A DNA stretch of 64,000 nt from Vampirovibrionaceae bacterium NZW_1234 (lineage in GTDB: Bacteria > Cyanobacteriota > Vampirovibrionia > Vampirovibrionales > JAGQHJ01): the NCBI GenBank assembly GCA_041697335.1, contig JBGUGD010000025.1, positions 64,001 through 128,000 on the forward strand. Direction: 5' to 3'. Under the pieces are notes generated by a model that saw only the letters and a program-made list of their open reading frames with translations, was not told the DNA's origin and did no database searches. Each line of letters starts with the position of its first letter. Positions within the stretch are counted from its first letter, which is position 1. A program made the translations under genes and the position numbers. This document shows, piece after piece, positions 28,334 to 36,672 of the stretch.

Positions 28334-31300
28334 GGCTTTTTTTCCTCCATTTTACAGGGGGGCGTACAGTTTCAGTCACCAGAGTAAGTTTTCCGAAGTA
28401 GTCGACATGAAACTTCTCAAAGGTTTTGAGGGTTAAAACACCGGGGTGTGGGAGGTTTGTGGTATCTGGGGCATCGTGAGGTTGAATACATATTTGCCCC
28501 ATAGCAATATGGGTTGTTTTATAATACCCAGCGACAACTTCCCCATTGGGTTTCACACAGCGGACGTAATCATTGGAATAGAGAGAAAATTTGAACGTAT
28601 AACTATCATCAATCTCAGGCCAGTTTTCCTGGGCGACTTTTTGCTTGCAATAGCCCATGGGAAGATGGCCAACCCGGAAGTGCCATGCAAAGACGGGAAC
28701 CAAGTAAAACTTGCCGTCTTTTTCAAACACATCAACCCGGACTTGGCTGCCATTGCTCACGACGCCGCCGCGCAGGCGACGGCCACTCATAATTTTGTCA
28801 CCCCATAAGCTGACCTTTTTAATGACTTTGGGGCCACTCGGGGTATTCAAGGTAAAAGGCGGCTTGAAGGCTTTCTGTGGATCGCCTCCGGCATCGGCAA
28901 TGGCTTGCAATAGCGCGTCATACAGCCATTTGTTACGGGTCTCCTTGTCAATCATGGCGTCCAGTTTCTTGACCTGCTCTTTTTTTAGCCCGGCCAGGGT
29001 GAGACGAATCACCTCGCGTTCTTCGCCCTGAGCATTTTTACGAGTTCGGGCAGGATTGGGGCCGTTGATTTCCCCGGTGACCTTACGGTTGGCCAAGCGG
29101 CTGATAATCCAGTTAGGATCATCAATACGAGCCATCACATCCTGTCGGAAGGTAGGCCATGGGTTTGGGGCATACACCTGTTCGCCCAGAGCTCTAGCGC
29201 GTGCGCGGTATTTGTTAAAGGCCGTAACCCGTTGAACCATGGTTTGCGTACAGGCGGCAATCACCATCGCGTCAATGGCATGGTGTTTTGGGGTCGTTCT
29301 GGATTTACGGGCGAAACCCCACGCATGGCGTAAGTCGGCCGTAATCTTACCATTAAGTGCCATCACGTTTGTTTGGTTCGGTTCGCCAGGCAATGCGAGC
29401 GTGGCTTGAATGTGATTCAACACCTGACGGGTAATCCAACGGGTGTCATTCAAATGGCGTTCTTTCCATTCGGCTTCCCGTTCGTTGAAATGTTGGTTGG
29501 TGAGACGATCGCGCTTGGGTTTGGGCCAGTGTGCAATGCGCGCCATCAGTTCGTCCCAGGCATGATCAGGCTTATCGGCTTGGAAGTACTCCCACGGGGT
29601 TCTATCGCCTTTATCCTGGTTTTCACCCGAGAAAACCAGCACTTTGTTCATATAACTGTTATCAAAAGAGCGGCTACGGGGCAGAATATGATCCACTTGC
29701 ACTAAGGTGCCGTCCTGCAAGGACCGTAAGGGAATATGCTCGCCACTGTAGGCGCAACAATTTCCTTGTTCGACCCACAGCCGATATACCAGCGGATCCA
29801 CAGCGAGCCCCTCACGAGCAATGTCGTTGCGAATCGCTTGGTTGCGCTCAGCGTTTTTCTTGTTTTCTTCTTCCAATTTGTCACGTTCTTTTTTATTCTT
29901 GGCAATTTCCCGGGCCAGCTCCACATGAATCCGATCCGGCATGCCGTAGCGGCGAATAATGGCATTAATAACTTTACGAGTTTGAGCCAAGGCACGATTG
30001 ACGATGGGATTGGTGGTTTCCGGAAAGGGCGGCAGTTTGTCAAAACGCTGCATGACGGCTTTACCGTAAGCTTTTAGCACAGCCTCGTCATAGCGGTCCC
30101 CAGCTTCTAAATAGGGGAGTAGATTCTGGATCGCTTTGGCAGAATGCCCCACGGTCCCTTTAAAATCCGAGATGACTTTCAGGCTGTCGATCTGCTCTTG
30201 TGTCAGTCCCCAAGTGGTATTGCCTTCAATTAGCTTTTGCTCAATGACATCCAAGGCCTGTTCAACGGACAGTATGGTCGCAATGGCATCCCAGGTATCT
30301 TGCTTGAGAGCCTCTATATTCTCGCCCAGAATGCCTTTCAGTCGGTAATAGCCCGGCAGGCTGATCCAGGTGGTCTTGTCTTCCACGGTTTTGACAATAT
30401 CTTCCCAGCGTTCCATGCCTTCCTGGTCCTGAGCACTTTGGGAAGCCTCGGCTTTTTTCTTACTGCGTTTGGCTTTGCCACCCGTTTGATAGCGTACGCC
30501 GTTAAAATACTCTTCAATGGGTAGATTTAGGGCTTTTCGAACTTGGGAATAAGTTGTCGTTTTATGAAGATGGGCCAGGCGATAGAGGATCTGGCGCTCA
30601 TCCTGGGTAAGTGGTCGGGATACCCCATGGCTATTGATAATCCGGCAATGATTAATCTTCGTCCACAACACGAATCGCTCGGCACTGCGACTGTGCTTTA
30701 CGGCTCGACGCTCTTCTTTTTCCAAGGAACAAAAGCCGATCATATCCGCCACGGATTGCAAGGGACGTTGTTCAAAGGCATGCACGGCATAGGCATTTTC
30801 CAGTTCCGGTGTCGCTATGGTAGAGCCCAAAGCACGTTGACGTTCAAAGATTAACGCGACTTCTTCTCGGTGTAGTTGTCGAAGAATCGTATTGCTATAG
30901 TCCCCATCAGTATTGCGGACTTTTTGACCAAGTCGCAACCGGCTTCCATAGAAATAGGAACCAACAGAGGGAGCTTTCGCTTCATTCAAGCGGGAACGCA
31001 AACTATTGGCATGGATGAGCATTTTTCCGGTGTCATCCAGGTCTTTTTCTTTTTCCTCACCCGTCAGGACTTCCCCTTTTTTGTTCGATTGGAATCCTCG
31101 GTGCTTGGCAATATGGTAGAGTGCTTGAGCTAATTCATAGGGTGTCAGAAGGCGTTCCAATGCCTCAGCTCTCAGTTGCCATGGGTTGATTGTAGCTGAA
31201 AGACGATTCATCCCCTCTTTATCGACATCAGTAAGTTCAGCCGGAAAAAAGGGAATACCATGATCAGTAAACAACTTCCGAAGGGCTTTCAAACGCCCAA

Positions 31301-31502
31301 CACGGCGACGAATGACGCGCCGGGCTCCCCGAAAATTCCTATAGGGTTCCGCCAGAGATTCGCCATCAGTCCCTTCGGCTTTATCAAACAAATGGACGCC
31401 ATGACACAAGATTTCGCCTTCTTGGGCGTTATCATCAAGAGCCAAAAGAGCAAACCCAATGGAATTAATGCCGATATCCAAACCAAGAATCCGAGACAAC
31501 AT
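28281..31502 (-). CDS. cas9: Type II-C Cas9 (1073 aa)
   Basis: RuvC-I LGLDIG, Arg-rich bridge helix, RuvC-II IHVELARE, HNH VDHILP..N...N..K, RuvC-III HHAIDA. No csn2 or cas4 in the locus. Confidence 0.98.
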   Translation of the reverse strand: MLSRILGLDIGINSIGFALLALDDNAQEGEILCHGVHLFDKAEGTDGESLAEPYRNFRGARRVIRRRVGRLKALRKLFTDHGIPFFPAELTDVDKEGMNRLSATINPWQLRAEALERLLTPYELAQALYHIAKHRGFQSNKKGEVLTGEEKEKDLDDTGKMLIHANSLRSRLNEAKAPSVGSYFYGSRLRLGQKVRNTDGDYSNTILRQLHREEVALIFERQRALGSTIATPELENAYAVHAFEQRPLQSVADMIGFCSLEKEERRAVKHSRSAERFVLWTKINHCRIINSHGVSRPLTQDERQILYRLAHLHKTTTYSQVRKALNLPIEEYFNGVRYQTGGKAKRSKKKAEASQSAQDQEGMERWEDIVKTVEDKTTWISLPGYYRLKGILGENIEALKQDTWDAIATILSVEQALDVIEQKLIEGNTTWGLTQEQIDSLKVISDFKGTVGHSAKAIQNLLPYLEAGDRYDEAVLKAYGKAVMQRFDKLPPFPETTNPIVNRALAQTRKVINAIIRRYGMPDRIHVELAREIAKNKKERDKLEEENKKNAERNQAIRNDIAREGLAVDPLVYRLWVEQGNCCAYSGEHIPLRSLQDGTLVQVDHILPRSRSFDNSYMNKVLVFSGENQDKGDRTPWEYFQADKPDHAWDELMARIAHWPKPKRDRLTNQHFNEREAEWKERHLNDTRWITRQVLNHIQATLALPGEPNQTNVMALNGKITADLRHAWGFARKSRTTPKHHAIDAMVIAACTQTMVQRVTAFNKYRARARALGEQVYAPNPWPTFRQDVMARIDDPNWIISRLANRKVTGEINGPNPARTRKNAQGEEREVIRLTLAGLKKEQVKKLDAMIDKETRNKWLYDALLQAIADAGGDPQKAFKPPFTLNTPSGPKVIKKVSLWGDKIMSGRRLRGGVVSNGSQVRVDVFEKDGKFYLVPVFAWHFRVGHLPMGYCKQKVAQENWPEIDDSYTFKFSLYSNDYVRCVKPNGEVVAGYYKTTHIAMGQICIQPHDAPDTTNLPHPGVLTLKTFEKFHVDYFGKLTLVTETVRPPVKWRKKSRVAHHYGSKARQTVPTP

Positions 31503-31518
31503 GTTTTAAAAACCTCTT

Positions 31519-31552
31519 GTCATAGCCATACATTTGTGAAACCATACTACTA
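31519..31552 (+). repeat. Degenerate CRISPR repeat abutting the cas9 Shine-Dalgarno
   Basis: GTCATAGC equals repeat nt 1-8 exactly; downstream GAAACCAT-ACTACTA resembles the repeat's GAACCCATTAATGCTA. Confidence 0.6.
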
Positions 31553-31573
31553 CTTCAATTTCAAAATTGAAGT
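31552..31573. promoter_or_regulatory. Perfect palindrome between cas9 and tracrRNA
   Basis: ACTTCAATTT-ca-AAATTGAAGT (10-2-10). Confidence 0.5.
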
Positions 31574-31609
31574 CTTATTTCAAAAATCTTTATCCATTAC
31601 TAGTACTTC

Positions 31610-31690
31610 GGGTTCGTAAGGGTGCTATGATAAAGATTTACTGAAAAGCACTGTCCCTGCCCTCCTGGGTAGGGACATCTTGTGTTTGTC
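31610..31690 (+). ncRNA. tracrRNA (ends approximate)
   Basis: 31610-31630 GGGTTCGTAAGGGTGCTATGA is the exact reverse complement of repeat nt 2-22. It is followed by TAAAG, CTGAAAAG, the hairpin TGTCCCTGCCC-tcct-GGGTAGGGACA and a T-rich tail. Confidence 0.93.
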
Positions 31691-31884
31691 CATAGGCTGA
31701 ACTATTGGCGGTATAAAACAAGTGTATTCCTGGATAGCCTTTCTATGAAAAGATTATGGCTTTTAAAATTCTGAAAACTTAATATATGATTAATTTAAGG
31801 CTAGTTTGGATTATTATAGTATATAATATAGTTATCCTTTTTGTGCTAAAAATCTAAAATAGTGTGCATTGGATTTTTCATTAC

Positions 31885-32215
31885 ACGTGAGTAGAAATGA
31901 GTAGAAACGAGTTAAAAAGCAAAATACTCAATAACTCAAAAAAATGAGTAAAAAGTGGAAACAGATAAAACACGGCGTAAACGTGAGTAAAAATGAGTAA
32001 AAAAATCAAAAAATGCTCGATAAAGTGAGTAAAACAAAGCGGAAATAGATAAACACAGAGTAAAAATGAGTAAAAACGAGCTCAAAAACAAAAAAATGCT
32101 CCGTCAAAGCGAGTAAAAATACAACCGAAATAAACCCACTGAGCAAACGTGAGTAAAACTGAGTCAAAAAAATAAATTGTCGATGAGCCGGGATGAGCAA
32201 AAACGAGTCAAAATA
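31885..32215 (+). repeat. Non-coding phased array of GAG[T/C]AAAA-like motifs
   Basis: Triplets spaced exactly 10 bp apart recur every 83-86 bp (see findings). Confidence 0.85.
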
Positions 32216-32262
32216 GACAAAATAATTTAACTCATCTCCCTCAGAGAGACAGGCCCCCGAGA

Positions 32263-34695
32263 TTAATCAACTTTGGTAAGTCGCTGGGTAATGTCATCTA
32301 GACTGAAGCCGTGCCAGCGACTGCCGCCCGAGGTGATGGGCAACTGGAGACTGCTCTTGGTGATGCTCCGGGCGTCGACGTTTAAGGTGGTGGGCATCAG
32401 GTACCACTTGAAGAAGGACCACCCCATGCGGCGGAAGAACTTGTCCATCCACTCTTTCTTCACCTCGGCAGACAAGGGCTTTCCGGCTTTGGTCATTTCC
32501 TTCTCGTACCAGAACTCCTCCTGCATCATCTCGTCGTAGGTCTGGCGCTTGTTCTCCAGACGCCACACGATCTCGTCCCGGAACTCATAGGGGCCGTAGT
32601 CATCCTCGGCAACCACGGGCTTGCCGGTGGCGGGGTTGATAGACAACTCCGCCCCGGGTTTCTTCAGAAGCACGGCCTCCGGAATGCACTGCTTCCCTTG
32701 CTTGGCCCGCTGAGCGTTCATAAACCGGGCCAGGGCAAAGAGCTTCATCTTGGTCACATCACCAATGGGTGCCAGAGCGCCGGACATATCCCCGTTGACG
32801 GTGGCGTACCCGACGTACAGCTCCGACTTGTCGGAGGTGGCGATCGGGAGGGTCTTGGCCCAGGTATTGGAAATCTTCCGCAGGTAGGTGGCCCGCATAA
32901 TGGCCTGGCTGTTCTGATGCGCCACATCACCCTCCACCGGGTTGCCCCAGAAGCTGGAAATCTGGTTCTGGCGCACCGGCTTGGTGAGACCTAACGCCTT
33001 GAAGATCCGGCCGAAGCGACTTGCCAGCAGTGTTTCTTTCAGGGCATCCCACCGCTTTTGCATCGGGCTGGCCAATGCCAACGATTGATCAAAGGTCGAC
33101 TCCAGTACCGACACCGCCGGGCCAATGGGCACTTCCACAAAGCGGATCCCCAGGTTCTCGGCCAGAATCCGGGCATCGGTCCGGCTTTCCTGAGAGGTGA
33201 TCTTGGACGGCATGCTGACCCCGAGAACGTTCTCCGGCCCCAGTGCATCGGCCAGCAACACGGCACAGACCGAGGAATCCAGCCCACCGGACAGGCCCAA
33301 AACGGCCCGCTTCATCCCGGTGTTGCGGAAGTAGCTCCGGATCCCGTGCACAATAGACTGATAGGTCCGATCCAGGTCGCGGGTATCGTGGGGATCAAAG
33401 AACTTCGGGACATCAAAGGTCGCCTCTTCCCCTTCGGGCAGAGCATAGATCCGGCCTTCGCCTTTGGCAGGGTTGACCACCATAAATTGTTCGCTAAAGG
33501 CCTTGGCTCGGGCCACGAGATTCCCCTGGCCATCATACACCCGGCTGGCCCCATCGAAGATGACTTCGTCCACCGCACCGGTGCGATTCACGTAGACCAT
33601 AGGACGCTGGTAGCTGCGGCTGACGGAAGACAGCATGTTGTGCTTCAGCTGTTCTTTCATGGTGCGGGTCGGCGAGGCCGAGGTATTGATCAGAACCTCT
33701 GCGCCACCACTTACCAGCTCAGCCACGGGATCCCGAGTGTAGAGCGTCCCCTTGGTGAAGAACTTGGCATCATTCCAGCCGTCTTCACAGATGGCCACAC
33801 CCCACTTGCGCCCGTGAATGTCGGCAGGACGCCCTAAAGGCTCCTGTGCCTGAAAACCCCATTTGGGGTTGTTCAACGTTTCAGCCGGGCTGATACCGGA
33901 GGCCGGCGAGGGCTCAAACATCCGATAGTCATTGAACTCCCCGTACGTTGGCAGCAGGGACTTGCGCACCACCGATTCAATTTTGCCTTCTCCGAGAATG
34001 GCAACGGCATTATACATTTCACGACCAATTATCGCTTGCCCCGGCTCAGGATGCCGGGCTTCCACAAAGCCCACGGCGACTCGGGTCTTGCCCGACTGCT
34101 TTGCCAGGGCTTCCAAGGCCACCTGATTCTGCTCGACCAGGGTTTTGTAGCGCCCAATGGCGTCATAAATGGGATACCCCATCAGCGACATTTCCGGGAA
34201 GACGATCATATCGGCCCCGATGGCCTCAGCCGCCTTCATATATTTCATGATCTTTTCGGCGTTCTCAGCAACCCGCCCGGGGATAGTGTCGATCTGGGCC
34301 ATCACGATATTGCCTTGGCCTCGGGCACCCATCAAGGTTTTCAGGCTATCGAGGATGACGGCTTTCTTTCCCGGCTGACTGGCTTCGGTCCATTGGCCCT
34401 GTAAAAACATATCCAGCGCCTCGGTCAGGTGGCTCATCGCCGTCATCTTGGTATTCTGATAGGGGCTGACCTGGCGGACCGAGTCTTGTGCCAGAAGGGC
34501 AAACTTTTCCACCGACAGGTTCGGATCCAGCAACGGATTCTCCGGAGCCGGGTTTGCAGCAAATCTCAATGTCAGGGAGTCAGCAGCCATGGGGTGTCGA
34601 ACCTGTATCGCCTGTCGTGCGGCATGCAGACGTGTGGACAAAGCCGTTTGCATCCACAACGCTACTTTAGGTTGTACACCAGACACACCACCCAT
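32263..34695 (-). CDS. nadE: Glutamine-dependent NAD+ synthetase with N-terminal extension
   Basis: Nitrilase domain (FPEM, RKSLLPTYGEF, ICED) plus synthetase domain (GLSGGLDSS, KSELYVGYAT..GD, PIGDV.K, AEL). About 125 extra N-terminal residues. Confidence 0.93.
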   Translation of the reverse strand: MGGVSGVQPKVALWMQTALSTRLHAARQAIQVRHPMAADSLTLRFAANPAPENPLLDPNLSVEKFALLAQDSVRQVSPYQNTKMTAMSHLTEALDMFLQGQWTEASQPGKKAVILDSLKTLMGARGQGNIVMAQIDTIPGRVAENAEKIMKYMKAAEAIGADMIVFPEMSLMGYPIYDAIGRYKTLVEQNQVALEALAKQSGKTRVAVGFVEARHPEPGQAIIGREMYNAVAILGEGKIESVVRKSLLPTYGEFNDYRMFEPSPASGISPAETLNNPKWGFQAQEPLGRPADIHGRKWGVAICEDGWNDAKFFTKGTLYTRDPVAELVSGGAEVLINTSASPTRTMKEQLKHNMLSSVSRSYQRPMVYVNRTGAVDEVIFDGASRVYDGQGNLVARAKAFSEQFMVVNPAKGEGRIYALPEGEEATFDVPKFFDPHDTRDLDRTYQSIVHGIRSYFRNTGMKRAVLGLSGGLDSSVCAVLLADALGPENVLGVSMPSKITSQESRTDARILAENLGIRFVEVPIGPAVSVLESTFDQSLALASPMQKRWDALKETLLASRFGRIFKALGLTKPVRQNQISSFWGNPVEGDVAHQNSQAIMRATYLRKISNTWAKTLPIATSDKSELYVGYATVNGDMSGALAPIGDVTKMKLFALARFMNAQRAKQGKQCIPEAVLLKKPGAELSINPATGKPVVAEDDYGPYEFRDEIVWRLENKRQTYDEMMQEEFWYEKEMTKAGKPLSAEVKKEWMDKFFRRMGWSFFKWYLMPTTLNVDARSITKSSLQLPITSGGSRWHGFSLDDITQRLTKVD

Positions 34696-34986
34696 TCCAT
34701 CACACTCCTAATTTTGTCCAAAACGAACATATATCTGACATAAAATATCAAGAAACAGTACCACAGCCCCGGATCAGCGTCAACGTAAAACCCCTTGTCT
34801 GTCAAACTAGAATGACCTTATTGCCCTATAAAACCCGTCTCACACGTAATATTAAATAAGCAAGCCTATTCACATTTGCACACGCTCTATCATGAACCGG
34901 GGATACCATGTGTTTATGCTTTTAGAGAGAGATTGTATATCTTTGATGTGTCGTATGTGAAGGAAATAATGAGAGGGGGTAACACG

Positions 34987-35565
34987 ATGTTTGGAGGAAG
35001 TGTTGAATCCGGTAATCTAGAGCGGTATCAGAACATGTTTAAACCACCGGCCTCACCTGCTGGGCCTGGCACAGCGGTTGCACCGGGAAAACCTGCCACA
35101 CCGCCTGGGCGCAACATTGTGGTCAACGGCGGTACGGTCAATATCGTCAACCCGCCGGAAAACAGCAATATCATCATTAATGGCGGCAACGTCACCATTA
35201 TCAACCCGCTGGATATCGGTGGTACAGGGCCGCGCCCAGGAACGCCTCCAGCCATTCCCGGAAACCCATCAGGAGGAAGCAATCCTATTCCTAGGATTCC
35301 AGAGGATAGAGATGGTCCTATGTCTCGATGGTATCGTAAGTACTTTCAACGTCAGTCGGAGGGGCCGTCCACTCCGAGCGCTCCATCTGGCCCGAGCACT
35401 CCACCCAGACCGGTGCCTGCTCTTCCGATGCCGGAGATCCAGTCTCGTGAGAAGCCGATTACGTTGCAACCGTATTCGTCGATGTCCACCATTAAATGCC
35501 ACCAGCCGCAGACGCAACCGAAGAATTTTGATCTGCTTGAGTCTTACGCACCCAGGCCACGATAA
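34987..35565 (+). CDS. Pro-rich hypothetical protein, paralog 1
   Basis: GAGGGGG SD before ATG 34987; shares the GRNIVVNGG.VNIVNPPENSNIIINGGNVTI.NPL block with the next gene. Confidence 0.8.
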   Translation: MFGGSVESGNLERYQNMFKPPASPAGPGTAVAPGKPATPPGRNIVVNGGTVNIVNPPENSNIIINGGNVTIINPLDIGGTGPRPGTPPAIPGNPSGGSNPIPRIPEDRDGPMSRWYRKYFQRQSEGPSTPSAPSGPSTPPRPVPALPMPEIQSREKPITLQPYSSMSTIKCHQPQTQPKNFDLLESYAPRPR

Positions 35566-35577
35566 CACAAGTGTTCA

Positions 35578-35622
35578 TAAATAGAGCCGCTTCGGCTGGT
35601 AAGGTAATAGGGCTCTATTTTA
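35578..35622 (+). terminator. Hairpin after paralog 1
   Basis: TAAAATAGAGCC...GGCTCTATTTTA inverted repeat. Confidence 0.5.
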
Positions 35623-35801
35623 GCGAGTTTATCAGACGTGAAAATAACGCAGAACATGAAGGAGGATAGGATGATGTAACTCTAATTTCCATTTGTTTCG
35701 GCACCACAATGATCCAGGATATGCAATCCGTTAATAGGCGATGCTGAAGGCATCGGAGGATTGCCCAGTATTGATTTGCAAGAAATTAGAGGGGGAAAGT
35801 T

Positions 35802-36377
35802 ATGAGTGTTAATCCGCCAGCAGTTATGCCAGGTCCATCGAATCCAGCTCCGGCAACAGGCGCAAAGCCGCCCACAACGGCTCCGGGGGGACGCAACATT
35901 GTTGTTAACGGTGGCAACGTCAATATTGTCAATCCGCCAGAGAATTCAAACATTATTATTAATGGCGGCAACGTCACGATTTTGAACCCGCTGAATGTCG
36001 GTGCTCCGCCAGCACCGATGCAAGGATTACCCGGCGTCCCCGGAAATGTTCCCGGACCCGGATGTCCTCCCGGATTGCCGGGTGTCCCTGGAGTTCCTGG
36101 CATACCCGCACCAGGCGGAGCCGCTCCTGCAAATCCGGCCCGGCCAGCAAACCCGACACTACCCGGTGTTCCTGGAACACCGCCTAATCCGCCACGGCAA
36201 GTGCCAAAACCTGCGAATGACTTCGAGCGCCTCTTTCCAGGTAATAATACACCCCAGCGAGATTATCGGCCGAATTTGCAGTTACGATCGACATCCACGA
36301 TTCAGTGCCACTCGCCACAGAATCAAACTCGTTCGTTTGACTTGACTCCTTTTCCTAATTTTGCTCCGGCTCGATAA
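35802..36377 (+). CDS. Pro-rich hypothetical protein, paralog 2
   Basis: GAGGGGG SD; same conserved block and a similar C-terminal STI.CH.PQ.Q...FDL motif. Confidence 0.8.
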   Translation: MSVNPPAVMPGPSNPAPATGAKPPTTAPGGRNIVVNGGNVNIVNPPENSNIIINGGNVTILNPLNVGAPPAPMQGLPGVPGNVPGPGCPPGLPGVPGVPGIPAPGGAAPANPARPANPTLPGVPGTPPNPPRQVPKPANDFERLFPGNNTPQRDYRPNLQLRSTSTIQCHSPQNQTRSFDLTPFPNFAPAR

Positions 36378-36672
36378 CCCGCTGGAAAACACCCGGAACG
36401 TAGCGTTGCTTTTCATGGCGGCGCTGCGTTTTGGTTTTATGGGCTGTTATGACGAAGCCGGTGCTTGTTGATGTAGGCTGCGAAGTTGGTTCAGCAAACG
36501 TAACTGAATGTGACAAATTGCCTGTCTCTCCAAAATACCGATGAAGACAGGAAATGCAGCGGCCTCATGAAGGGCAGGGTCATCTTTAAGAGAAGTCCTG
36601 AGTCAAGAGGATGCCGATTTTACAAAGATGCGCTATGGTTTTGTCATCTGTAGTTCCGAATCACAAGTGTCG

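Noticed and set aside
32006..32200. 64-aa Phe/Leu-rich minus ORF
   Set aside because: Hydrophobicity is a by-product of the T-rich strand of the phased array.
31885..32215. Second CRISPR array or DnaA-box origin
   Set aside because: No constant repeat with unique spacers, and the motifs do not match TTATCCACA.
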